Source: Hemiscyllium ocellatum
Taxonomy: Eukaryota
Assembly: GCF_020745735.1 (NCBI RefSeq)
Contig: NC_083426.1
Span: 41,974,001-42,038,000 of the forward strand
Length of the DNA stretch: 64,000 bases
Direction: 5' to 3'
Shown here in pieces: positions 36,262 to 48,852 of the stretch. The position numbers and the translations under genes are program-made. The notes beneath the pieces were generated by a model, which ran no database searches, was not told the origin of the DNA, and was given only the letters and a program-made list of their open reading frames with translations. The first letter of the stretch is position 1; each line of letters starts with the position of its first letter.

Positions 36262-38400
36262 AACTTAGGTACGACTTATCCCATGACCATTTCTGCAGAG
36301 GCCTGTTACTTTTCCAAAGGGGTACCTTGTCTATCCAAAAGAAATCTACTAAACTAATCTACTGGTCTAATCACCACAATCACATTCCAAACATTAGGGA
36401 ATGCATGATCTGATTTCATTGAAAGCAGGTGGCCATGTCAGTGTGAACAACTGGAAGTAAACAAGAACCCTTCAGTCCTCAGAGATGCTCTCTCTCTGTC
36501 CTGGTGAAAATGGGGCCTAGTGTACATTGACATTTTTTTTTGTTAATGTTTAACCTCCTACACTGTGTTAAAAAATAACAGTCATACAATTATTGATTTT
36601 TCTGACTAGACTTGAGAATGATTTGAATTGTACAAAGCCAGTGTGGGGTGTTAGTGCTTTCAGGTTTATTCCTGTTCGGAGTAAGAGTAGCTTCTGGTTA
36701 TGAATTAAAGGCATTACTTCAGAATACAATGTTAATAAATGTGAATTCATGCATTTTGGTCAGAGTAATAGTAAAAAGGATTATTACTTGAATGGTAAAT
36801 AGTTGCAGCATGCTGCTATGCAGAGGGGTCTGGTGTCCTTGTGCATGAACCACAGAAGGTTGGTCTGCAGGTACGACAAATAATTAAGAAAGCAAGTGGA
36901 ACTTTGTCCTTCATTGCTAAAGGGATGGAGTTTAAAAGCAGGGACGTTATTTTGCAGTTACATAGGGTGCTGGAGAGGCCACACCCGGAGTACTGCGTGT
37001 AGTTTTGGTCTCCTTACTTGAGAAAGGATGTACTGGCACTGGAGGGGGTGCAGAGGAGATCATCTAGGTTGATTCTGGAGTTGAGGGGGTTGAATTATGA
37101 GGAGAAACTGAGTAGGCTGGGATTATAGTCATTGGAATTCAGAAAAATGAGGGGAGATATTGTAGAACATATAAAATTATGAAGGGAATAGATAGGGTAG
37201 AAGTGGAGAAGATGTTCCCACTGGTGGGTGAAGCTAGGACAAGAGGGGCATAGCCTCAAGATTAAAGGGAGCAGATTTAGGACTGAATTGAGAAAGAACT
37301 TCTTCACCCAGAGGGTTATTAATCTATGGAATTCCTTGCCCAGTGAAGTGGCTGAAGCTATTCCAGTATACATTTTTAAAGCTCAGGTCTATTTCTTTAG
37401 ACCAACAAAGGAATTAAGGGATATGGTGAAAACATGGGTAAGTGGAGCTGAGTCCATGAAAAGATCAACCATGATCTTATTGAATGGCAGAGCAAGCTCG
37501 ATGGGCCGGATGGCCTACTCCTGCTCCAAGTTCTTATGAAGTACACTGTAGAATATTAAGTGCGTGAACGTAACTGTGATTGTTTTGCTGCCATGCTGTA
37601 AGCCCCTGGTTACACTGCATGTTGTGCAGGCACTATTAGAAGTTTCTAACAGCACTCAGATGTGTTCATAACTATAATAAAAGCCGCCAATTGACATTTC
37701 AGCTTGTTTGCCAAATCAGTAAGACCAAAGCTGAGTCCATGTTTTGGAGGGAACTGGGAGAATACACTCTGCTGGAAGTTATTATAGTTAAAGGTATCTT
37801 ATGGAAAAGGAAACCAATATTTTATTTGAAACCAATTGGACTGCTGTGAAAATTATTTAATTATAAATAATTTGGTGCTGCAGTTTACAGTTGGCAATTA
37901 CTGATAGTTTGAATAGAAGCATAACACAGTGACAGCTTTTGCATTTCAAGCACTTCCTTCCATACTGAGAAAGCTTTGAAAACCTGTAAAATGATGTCTT
38001 CAATTGAATAAAAAATAAAGATCAGGATAGGGAAAGGTTACTCTGCTCACTGGAGTTCATCCATCTGATGCTGTAATATTGACTTCATAATGACACAGTG
38101 TTCAAATGTACTTTGACTATCCCAAATGCTTTAATAGTGAGGGGCTTTTTTCCACTGCAGGTTTACATTATTTTTTCACTTACTTAAGTTTAAGTCATCT
38201 CGCACATTTTCCTGTCATATTTGAAGGGAACAAGTTGGATTTGACAATGAATATTTAATATATCTCAGTGATATCACATCTTATTTGCCACTCAATATAT
38301 TTAGTGTTTCCAAATGTTCCCACTTCCTTTTACACTTAAAAACAGTGGAATAATATGATTAGCATTGTAATAAAGTAAATAGAGTAACAACTGATCCAGT
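36262..38400 (+). other. Candidate non-coding exon 3 / 3'UTR of APOBEC2
   Basis: Good acceptor tctttgatattttccacAG (36260-36261), followed by unique AT-rich sequence with several AATAAA between about 37670 and 38380. The exon-2 donor needs a partner, but this one is unproven. Confidence 0.25.
36745..37540 (+). mobile_element. CR1 LINE 3' fragment
   Basis: gaggccacacccggagtactgcgtgtagttttggtctcc; GHSLKIKGSRFRTELRKNFFTQRV. Confidence 0.9.
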
Positions 38401-38779
38401 CCTCTCTATAACCACAAACCCGGCAGCAAACATTGGCTATTTTTTTTTGTTCCTCTTACGGGTCAAATCCTCTGACCGACTGCAACCAGATTCACAGCAA
38501 CTTTACCTGCCCTGTCTCAATCTCATTTTTATTGGGCTTAGGCCTGGCAAAGTAAGCCGAAGAACATCAGGAGCATGACTAGGAGCTATCATTAGGGATG
38601 GGGTGAATGGACTTTTTAAAAAGTATCTGCAGATCAGAGAAAACCTGTGGGTTTTATAAAGGGGAGAATGTGCCTAATGAACTTAATTGAATGTTTTTGA
38701 ATAGGTCACTAAAATAGTGGATAGGATATGCATGCTATTTATTTAATCTGACAACACATACTGATAATGTCCTTCATAG

Positions 38780-39835
38780 AGTCACAGAGTCATCGAGATG
38801 TGCAGGACGGAAACAGACCCTTCGGTCCAACATGCCCATGCTGATGAGTTATCCCAACCCAATCTAGTCCCACCTGCCAGCACCCGGTCCATATCCCTCC
38901 AAACCCTTCCTATTCATATACCCATCCAAATGCCTCTTAAATGTTGCAATTTTACCAGCCTTCACCACTTCCTCTAGCAGCTCATTCCATACATGTGCCA
39001 CCCTCTGCGTGAAAATGTTGCCCCTTAGGACTCTTTTATATCTTTCCTCTCTCACCCTAGACTTATGCCGTCTAGTTCTGGACTCCCCTACTCCAGGGAA
39101 AAGACTTTGCCTATTTACCCTTTCCATGCCCCTCATAATTTTGTAAACCTCTATAAGGTCACCCTTCAACCTCCGATACTCCAGGGAAAACAGCGTCAGC
39201 CTGTTCAGCCTCTCCCTATAGCTCAAATCCTCCAACCCTGGCAACATGCTTGTAAATCTTTTCTGAACCCTTTCAAGTTTCACAACATCTTTCCGATAGG
39301 AAGGAGACCAGAATTGTACGCAACATTCCAACAGTGGCCTAACCAATGTTCTGTATGGCCGCAACATGACCTCCCAACTCCCAACTCAATACTCTGACCA
39401 ATAAAGGAAAGCATACCAAATGCCTTCTTCACTATCCTATCTACCTGTGACTCCACTTTCAAGGAGCTATGGACCTGCACTCCAAGGTCTCTTTGTTCAG
39501 CAACACTCCCTAGGACCTTACCATTAAGTATATAAGTCCTGCTAAGATTTGCTTTCCCAAAATGCAGCACCTTACATTGATCTGAATTAAACTCCATCTG
39601 TCACTTCTCAGCCCATTGGCCCATCTGGCCAAGATCCTGTTGTAATCTGAGGTAACCCCCTTCGCTGTCCACTACACCTCCAATTTTGGTGTCATCTCCA
39701 AACTTACTAACTGTACCTCTCATGTTCGCATCCAAATCATTTATGTAAATGACAAAAAGTAGAGGGCCCAGCACCGATCCTTGTGGCACTCCACTGATCA
39801 CAGGCCTCCAGTCTGAAAAACAACCCTCCACCACC
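38780..39835 (-). mobile_element. CR1 LINE RT/3' fragment
   Basis: GVPQGSVLGPLLFVIYINDLD, KFGDDTK, LVRPLLECCVQFWSP. gactctatga tail. Confidence 0.93.
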
Positions 39836-41036
39836 ATATTAGACTGTTAAATGAAGTTGAATATTATGAAAATAAAAGCAAATTATTGAGCTGATAAGGA
39901 TGTGTGGCTGAGCATCAGGACACAGTTTGAATAATAGGTAGATACTCTACTTGGCAGAATATAACTAATGCTATTCAGAAGGATCTGTGTGGAGCTTCAA
40001 TTATTCATCATATTTTTAACAACCTAGATAATGATAGAGAAAGCCACGCATTCAAGTTTATCAAATCATATGAAGATCATAAGCAGTGTTGATGAAAGAA
40101 AGACATATTGACAAATTAAGTGACTTGCAAATCTCTCATGAATGAATATCACTATAGAGAAAGACAAGGTCATCCACTATGGAACTGACATGGATAGAAT
40201 ACTGTTCAAATGGTGAAAATCTTGAAACAATGGAGACCCGACAAGACTTAGTTGCCCATGAGCATAGTTTGTGATGGACAGATATAGGAAATAGTCATAG
40301 GCTAATGGAGTACTAGCCATTATGTCTGACAGAATAGAATTAAAGCAGGAAATGGATTGGGGTGGGGGGATGTGGTAGGCAGAGGGAAAAAAGCCAACTA
40401 TAAAAAGCCCTGGTCACTTGGGAATACTATGGACAATTCAGGACACCACACCTTAAAAGAAACATATCAGCTTTGGAGAGAGTGCAGTATGCATTAACCA
40501 GAATCATAAGCAGACTCCAGTGGTTAAATGGTGGTGGGATATTAAACTAATGTTGCATGTTCTGGAATTTAGAGGTTAATGGATGATGTGATCAAAATTT
40601 CCAAGGAATTGAGGGCAATAAATGGTTTCTCTCTATCTAGGGATGGGAAATGGTCAAAAGGTTAGAGTGAATATGCCGTTTGTGAGTGAAGTGAGAAAGC
40701 AGTTCTACACCAAAGGATGGTAACAGTTGGGTGTTCTCTCTTCTGCAAAATGCAATTGACAAGAGATCAATTATAAATGTTTAAGTGAGATTAATAGGCT
40801 TGTATTATTCACAGGGGAATGAATTTTGTGAAAGGCAGAACAAGATTGAGGAGATCTATTCTTTTTCCTAAGTTCTGGACCTGAAGTTGATAGAAAATAG
40901 AAGCTCATTTTCTGTCGTACTTTAATGTGGTACAACAATATGCTGGAAATCAACAGTGGACCCAGTCAGACCTGTAAAGAAAAGGAGGGTTCAGCACTTT
41001 GTGTGAAATCTGTTTACCAACAAAAGATAATTTGGT

Positions 41037-41314
41037 GGGCGGCACGGTGGCACAGTGGTTAGCACTGCTGCCTCACAGCGCCAGAGACCCAGGTTCAATT
41101 CCCGCCTCAGGCGACTGACTGTGTGGAGTTTGCACGTTCTCCCCGTGTCTGCGTGGGTGTGCTCCGGTTTCCTCCCACAGTCACAAAGGGTCAGGTGAAT
41201 TGGCCATGCTAAATTGCCCCTAGTGTTAGGTTAGGGGTATGGGTGGGTTGTGCGTCGGTGTGGACTTGTTGGGCCGAAGGGCCTGTTTCCACACTGTAAG
41301 TAATCTAATCTAAT
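41037..41314 (+). mobile_element. HE1-like V-SINE, young copy
   Basis: ggcggcacggtggcacagtggttagcactgctgcctcacagcgccagagacccaggttcaattccc head, V-domain, gggccgaagggcctgtttcc...taatctaatctaat tail. CpGs retained. Confidence 0.92.
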
Positions 41315-42224
41315 AATTTACAGTTCTGCTAAGTGAGGATTCATTAAAACCAGACTGGCTAATAATCACAATTGAGTAAGGTTAAAGACAGTAAAACCTT
41401 TTCACCAGCTTAATCAAAGGCAAGATACAGTGGATGCTGTAAATCTGAAACAAACACAGAATTCTAGAAGAGCAGCATCTATAGAAAGGGAAACAGCATT
41501 AATGTTTTGAGTCCAATGTGATTCTACCTCAGAACCTTTTTCTGCTAGAAGTACCAATCTTTGGAACTGTTGTGCTTGTCCAGTGCAGATCATTTCCAAA
41601 GATGTTACTGAATGGGGAGTGTATATTAAGTCTGGATAGACATATACTATTGAATTGTAGATCTGAGCGCAGCTGGCTTGTAAACCACAGATTGTCCTTT
41701 GAAACTGGTTCACAATTTGAATAGTCCTGTAGCTGATGAACTTTTTATTTCCATTTCCATAAGTTGAATAAATTAGGAACATACATAATAGGAACAAATG
41801 TAGGCCCTTGAATTTCGTCTCTAGAGCATCATCCATTATTCAATAGATCATAGCTGATCAGCTTATATTTCAAACACCACATTCCCACCTATCCTTGGTA
41901 ATCTTTAATTACCTTGCTTACTTCTGTCTCAAAAATATTTAATGGCACTGTCTCTGCTACCTTCTGAGGCAGTGTTCCAAAGTCATACAACTGAGAGGAA
42001 AGAAAATCTCCTTATCTCTGTCCTGAAGGGCAACATCTCATTTTAAACGGTGCCCCTAGCCTTGGACCAACCGGCAAGAGAAAACATCCTTTCCACATTG
42101 CACTTATCAAGATCATTCATGATCTTATATGTTTCAAACAAGCGACCCCTCTAAACTCCAGCAGAAATAAGCCCAGCTTGTCCAACCTATCCTCATAAGT
42201 CAAGCCATTCATTCCAGGTATCAG

Positions 42225-44207
42225 AGCTTAAAAATGTGTTGCTGGAAAAGCGCAGCAGGTCAGGCAGCATCAAAGGAACAGGAGAATCGATGTTTTGGGC
42301 ATAAGCCCTTTGTGCCAAGCAGGCTAAGATAAAAGATAGGGAGGAGGGACTTGGGGGATGGGCGTTGGGAATACAATAGGTAGAAGGAGGTTAAGGTGAG
42401 GGTGATAGGCTGGAGAGGGGGTGGGGGCGGAGAGGTCGGGAAGAAGATTGCAGGTCAAGAAGGCGGTGTGAGTCTGAGGGTTGGGACTGAGAAAAGGTGG
42501 GGGTAGGGGAAATGAGAAAGCTGGAGAAATCTGCATTCATCCCTTGTGGTTGGAGGGTTCCTAAGCGGAAGATGAGGCGCTCTTCCTCCAGGCATCGTGT
42601 TACCATGGTCTGGCGATGGAGGAGGCCAAGGACCTGCATGTCCTTGGCGGAGTGGGAGGGGGAGTTAAAGTGTTCAACCACGGGGCGGTTGGATTGGTTG
42701 GTGCAGGTGTCCCAGAGGTGTTCTTTAAAAACGTTCCACAAGTAGGCGGCCTGTCTCCCCAATGTATAGGAGGCCACATCAGGTGCAGCGGATGCAGTAA
42801 ATGATGTGTGTGGAGGTGCAGGTGAATTTCTGATGGATATGGAAGGATCCCTTGGGGCCTTGGAAGGAAGTGAGGGGGGAGGTGTGGGCGCAAGTTTTGC
42901 ATTTCTTGCAGTTGCAGGGGAAGGTGCCGGTAGTGGAGGTTGGGTTGGTGGGGGTTGTGGATCTGACGAGGGAGTCGCGGAGGAAGTGGTCTTTCCGGAA
43001 CGCTGATAGGGATGGAGAGGAAAATATATCCTTGGTGGTGGGGAATGTTTGGAGGTGGCGGAAATGACGAAGGATGATATGATATATCTGGAGGTTGGTG
43101 GGGTGGTAGGTGAGGACCAGTGGGGTTCTGTCCTGGTGGCGATTGGCGGGGCGGGGATCAAGGGCGGAGGAGCGGGAAGTGGAGGAGATGCGGTGGAGAG
43201 GATCGTCAACCATGTCTGAGGGGAAATTGCGGTCTTTGAAGAAGGAGGCCATCTGGGTTGTTCAGTATTGGAATTGGTCCTCCTGGGAGCAGATGTGGCG
43301 AAGGCGAAGGAATTGGGAATATGGGATGGCGTTTTTACAAGGGGCAGGGAGGGAGGAGGTGTAATCTAGGTAGCTGTGGGAGTCAGTCAGTTTATCATAA
43401 ACGTCCGTGTTGAGTCTGTCATCCGAGATAGAAATGGAGAGGTCTAGGAAGTGGGGGGTTGGGGGGGGGAAAGAGGGGTCGGGGTGGAAGGTGTTAGTAA
43501 AGTGGATGAACTGTTCAACCTCCTCGTGGAAGCACGAGGCAGCGGCGATACAGTCATCGATGTAGTGGAGGAAAAGGTGGGGGGGGGTGTGCCAGTGTAG
43601 CTGTGGAAGATGGACTTTTCCACATATCCAACGAAGAGGCAGGCATAGCTGGGGCCCATGCGGGTGCCCATGGCTACTCCTTTGGTTTGGAGGAAGTGGG
43701 AGGATTGGAAAGAGAAGTTGTTCAGGGTGAGGATCAGTTCTGTCAGTCGAAGGAGGGCGTCAGTGGAAGGGTACTGGTTGGTTCGGCGGGAAAGGAAGAA
43801 GCGGGGGGCTTTGAGGCCTTTGTGATGGGGGCTGGAGGTGTATAGGGACTGGATGTCCATGGTGAAGATAAGGTGTTGGGGGCCAGAGAAGCGAAAATCA
43901 TGGAGGAGGTGGAGGGCTTGGGTGGTGTCCCGAATGTAGGTGTGGAATTCTTGGACTAAGGGGGACAGAACCGTGTCAAAGTATGCAGATAGGTTTCCAC
44001 CTATCGTATTCCCAACGCCCCTCCCCCAAGTCCCTCCTCCCTACCTTTTATCTTAGCCTGCTTGGCACACCCTCCTCATTCCTGAAGATGGGATTATGCC
44101 CGAAACGTCGATTCTCCTGTTTCTTTGATGCTGCCTGACCTGCTGCGCTTTTCCAGCAACACATTTTTAAGCTCCGATCTCCAGCATCTGCAGTCCTTAC
44201 TTTCTCC
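42225..44207 (-). mobile_element. Penelope-like element (RT + GIY-YIG, frameshifted) with inverted terminal pLTRs, inserted in an old CR1 (~41780-44260)
   Basis: MDIQSLYT, FLQTKGVAMGTRMGPSYACLF, YIDD-like and IYCIRC motifs. 15-bp TSD cattccaggtatcag (42210-42224 / 44208-44222). Plus-strand hammerhead core at 44082-44109. Confidence 0.93.
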
Positions 44208-44789
44208 CATTCCAGGTATCAGTCTAGTAAACCTGCTCTCAATTGTCTCCAATGTAATAAGAACAGGGAACATATTTCTATAGTTTTTCAGATGATAGAA
44301 ATTAATTTATTTGGTACAGGCTACAATTAAGCTCTCAGCACTAAGTAGGATTGTCACTTTTGTTATTTTGATCATACTGGGAAACACCCAAGTGTAGTTT
44401 TAGAGTTTAACTCTCCTATCCCACAGAGCCCTACCCTTTGTTGCATTGTTACATGTCATGTGAGCCTCCCACATATCTTTGTATAATTTCAGCTGTCTCT
44501 TTAGATATTTATAGTTCAGCCTGTTTAGGGGAGGGTACACCAAAGACAGGGTAATCCAGTCAGGACTCCAATAAGGATGGAAACTTTTCCAACTATGGGA
44601 TAGCGATGAGTTGGCTGCAGCTGGCAGTAATAATGATCTTTTCATCTACTCTATATATGGGTTTCTGTGCAAATGTGTAACAACTTGAAGCTTGTGTGCT
44701 TATGATAGGTGCAGCCTGAAATAAACAGGATTTGCAAAGCAGTGCAGCAACCACCTAACCCTGCAAGCCATCCGAGCAGATGCATCCTT

Positions 44790-45190
44790 TGTTGCAGTCT
44801 TAGCTCAACAGTGGCACTCTTTCTTAATGAATTAGGAGGCTGAATGTTCAAACTACCCTCTAAAGTCAATCTCTGCTGCTCAATCAATACAGTACTCAGA
44901 ATTGTTGTATGGGCAAAAGCAGACTTTCAGGAGAGCCCTTCTCTCTGATGAATGTAAAATAACTCATCATATTTGTTACAGAATAGTAGGATGGTTCACT
45001 TGGTGTCCCAGCCAACATCTATTCCTCAACCAAAAGTGACTAAAAGAATTCTCCATGCTGCTGTTCATTTCACTGTGTGCAAATTGTCTGTTGCATTACT
45101 CTACATTACAATGGTAAACACTCTTTGAAAGTTCCTTACTGGTTGTAAAGTATTCCGAAACATTCAGAAAGCTATTTTAGAAAAGCAAGC
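44790..45190 (+). mobile_element. Old Deu-SINE-like (SacSINE1-type) copy
   Basis: Degenerate tRNA head (tagctcaacagtggcactct...gttcaaact), Deu-like core and tgtgtgcaaattg...ctacattacaa...ggttgtaaag tail. Confidence 0.55.
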
Positions 45191-46949
45191 TGCTTTTAAA
45201 AATTTTAATATCCTAAATGTAACTGCAGTGAAAAAGAAGCTCCAATAAATAAAATCTGTTGGGATTGCAACTAAGGTGATTTGTGGACAGTTCAAATTAT
45301 GTGTATTTAAATTATTTTTAAATAAAATAGATGGGCAGAGGAATATCGCATTGACCATCATCGTATGTGAAATATGCCTTAAATACATCGTTACTTATTA
45401 TACTTATTTATTCATGGAATGTGAACATTACTGATCAGTTTGCTGGGTTTGTTCAGGGAGCAGATAAGAGACAACCAAACTGAGTTTGGAGCCACATATA
45501 GGTCATGTAAAACTGCAGATTTTCTTTGCTAAAGGACATTTGTGAAGAAGATGGAGCTTTACAACATTATGGTGTTTTTTTTATTCCAGATTAATTAAAT
45601 GAAATGAATCTAAATGCTCTCAACTGCCAAGATTGGATTCAAATATATCTTCAGATCACCAGTCCAAGTCTTTTGAATTATTGTGCTACTATAATCAATG
45701 AATAAAGTGTTCATTAAGGAAAATACATTTGCTTCAAAATAAAAGCCCAATAATCAGCTTGCAGAAGTTTCCAATGCTCTGCATTCACTGCTATTTAAAC
45801 AGTAATTATATACTTTTTTTATTATAGAATATGGGTGCTGTATGCCAATCACTTCAGTAGCCCAACAGGATGCTGTGGGACATCTAGGAAGAAGCAGAAC
45901 TCATTTATTGTATTTCATTTGGACTGAACTGAAAGGATTTTCTTTAACATCTCTTACAATGTAAGTTAAGATTGTGACTCCAATTTCAGTTCATTGCAAG
46001 TAGTTCCTGTACCTTAGGACAGAAGGTTCGGATATGCTGATGCACTATTAATTCAATGTAGCTCTGCCTCACAAACTGTAAAATTTATGTTCATGTAGGT
46101 TTAGAATTTGATAGTAAAATATTATTTCACATAGTGAACATTAATCATGTAGCAGACATTACAGCTGCCAATATAGGATTATATTAAATATCCAAAATAT
46201 GTTAGTTGTCAATGACACTGTGTTTTACAATAAAATTGTGACTGCCTACCTTTGTGCTTCTCAATTCTTTCATAAAATGGTGGTTATCCATCTTGTAGAT
46301 ATCAGCTGACATTACCTTTAAATGATTCTTCTTCAGGAATAAAACAATATGCATATTATGGAATAATATACTTGAAATTGAGAACAGACCCCTAAGAGAT
46401 TCCTGCAAGGATTTCATTCCCATCCCAAATCTGACTCAAATTCATGAATTTCAAACTTTCACAAAAAGTTCAATCAGTTAATTGTTATATTTTGCTGATT
46501 ACTAAATAAGATAAAGTATATGTAAAAAGGAGGACAAACTGCTATTCTTACAATTGAAAAATAAACAATCAGAATAGAATTCCTATCAGTAAAGAACAAT
46601 TACAGTCTTAAAAAGCACATAAGGCAGCAATAACTGTTCTTTAATAGACCAATACATTTATCACATCATATGTGATTTGGTCATTCATTCTCGTTATGTT
46701 CTTATAGGTGACATGGTCTTTTATTTAGAAGGGGCTATCTAACATTGTAATATACTGTTGCTGTGCCCCAAGGTCTGAAGTTAATTGTGCTATCTGTGTT
46801 GATTTTACCTGAGTTCTTCAGGGAAAGCAGCTGAGAAATTCTCGTTGGTATCCACACTCTTGTGCTAGCAGGGTTGGGTGTGAAATGGGGTCAAGTTATC
46901 AAAAGTTCATGCTCAATGCCTAGTCTTTAAATTATGGAATCATCTTCCT

Positions 46950-47130
46950 TCATTTCTCCATCTTTCTGCTTTACTTCAAGATGTTCTTTAAAAGCCACAT
47001 TTTCATCTGAGCGCTTGGTCATCTGTCCTAATATTGCCTTGCAAAGCTCACTATCAAATATTTCCATGAAGTGCCTTGGGGCTAATTTACTGTTAAGTGT
47101 GCTTTTATTAATACAAGTTGTTATGCAATA
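46950..47130 (+). mobile_element. L2-like LINE 3' end
   Basis: ttggtcatctgtcctaatat...gtgaagtgccttgggg...tgttaagtgtgcttttattaatacaagttgtt, the typical L2 terminal pattern. Confidence 0.6.
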
Positions 47131-48149
47131 AATCAGTGATGATTGATATAACTTAGCCTAATGAGAAGAGCAAATTACTTCAGATGCTGGAAATCTGAAC
47201 GACAATAGAAAATCTATAGCAACAATAGAAGGAGAATAAGTTAACATTTCAGGGACAATGTCCTTTTAATTTGCAGTGTTTTGTTTTGAACCAATTAATG
47301 ACATCGGATTGAAATAGCTTGTTACTTTTAGGACGATATTTTTCAATGGACAATGCAACAGGGTTATCAAGCTGTTTTATGTCACTAGTTAAAAAACACA
47401 ATCAGAAATAGAATGCCCAGCAAAAGTGTTAATGCAAAGCAACAGATGGCTAAATACATAGACATATGTTAAAGGTGACTGAGACAGGATTTTATTGAGG
47501 TATTCAAGATCTTTAATTTCAATAAAACTGGGAAATTTATCATGATTAGATATAGCTCAGGATAACATTAGGCAGAATGATCTAGCTTACTGTGTAATTA
47601 CATTGTATGTATGAATGATTGGAACGAATTGCCTTAAGAAATTATCAAAGCTATTCAATGTGCAATCATAAAACAGGGACAGGCCTTTGGCATGAAATCA
47701 ATTTAGAAAGACAGACATGAACTTTGTATCCTGTGTTGGGTCAGCCAGACAGGAACCAAAAGGCATTCCACTCTGTCAACTTATTGTGCCAAATAATTGC
47801 AACACATAATGGTTACGCTTTACTTGTGGGTCATAGCTTACATATTGCAGCCTACACAGTTCATCAAAACAAAGAGAAATGTTGAACACTCATACATTGA
47901 GTGTAATTAAGTTTAATAAAATGGTTAAATATACTTAACACTTAAAAATAAGGGGATGAGGTACTGCTTGATCCAAAGAAAGTGAGTTAACTCTAAGTAT
48001 GTTTGCTTCAAACAGGAGAATATATTTATGAGTTTATGGTTTCTCTGTGACACATTACGGCTCCATTAAAGTGATGTAATAAGTATGACGGCTCTGGTCT
48101 TAATTGGGATATAAATGAGATATCATAAAACTTTTAGATCAATCAGTAG

Positions 48150-48852
48150 CGTTATGATACTGGGTAAAACCTCCTGCTTAATTTAAAACTAGCAACACAG
48201 AAAAGGTTTATCCCATGCAGTAATCTGTAAAACGTCAAATGGCCAAGAACTATGTAAAGTAAAAATTAGCAACTTTATTTCTTAAAGTATAACAGAGAAT
48301 AACTAACTAACAACTACGTACAAGTCCTTAGTCTAACTTATCTTTTACCATACCTTCTACAATATTAGGCTGATAAAAATCCCAATTAAGATTTACAACA
48401 CAACACTTCTTATCTCAAAACCAGGCAGCTTTCAGTTCTTCTATTTGGATCTTCCTCGGTCAGCTTTTCTTCTTTTTAGGGATTCTGTGTCACAGGTTAC
48501 TGATCGAAAAGGTATCTTTTAAGAGAGCTATTTTTCAAACAGTTTGTTACATGCTGGGGCTTGTCAGTTCTCCTCTCAACTATTTAATTTTCCCTGGTTT
48601 TATACCCACAAAGCATGGGATTGTGTCACTGGCTTTTAAGATTGTCAGTATACTAAATTCAGACTGGATTGGAGTTTGGTATTTTTCCGGGTATAGTCTA
48701 AACTGATTGGCCAAATTCAAATTTGTTTTTGTCTCCAGGCAATGAGCTAATTGCCAGTGTTACATTGCTGCTTTATTGAGAATACTTGGTGCTGTGTCCA
48801 GTAGTTCTGCTGCTTTTAACGCTCTTAAAGGAACACCCGCATCTTCATAACT
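48150..48852 (-). repeat. 3' LTR of the Gmr1-type element
   Basis: (C/T)GTTATGA...CATAAC; colinear with 53925-54625. Confidence 0.9.

Noticed and set aside
41037-41110. tRNA-like sequences (also ~6735, 8250, 25570, 27690, 33350, 35230, 57430, 60745)
   Set aside because: They are SINE heads followed by SINE bodies and tails, with no complete cloverleaf.
44651-44887. ORF with NIQPPNSLR, faintly like ADCY10 (an ADCY10 pseudogene lies near this locus in human)
   Set aside because: The motif falls in the antisense of the SINE head at ~44790-44890, and the rest does not align convincingly.
45828-45960. Plus-strand pseudo-exon (T-rich acceptor, GTAAGT donor, one open frame)
   Set aside because: Weak exonic donor context, no recognisable product and no partner exons. 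Such sites are expected by chance in 64 kb.
46934-47131. Open frames on both strands (MESSSF... and ELCKAILGQMTKRSDENV...)
   Set aside because: They coincide with an L2-like 3' end, and there is no good acceptor.
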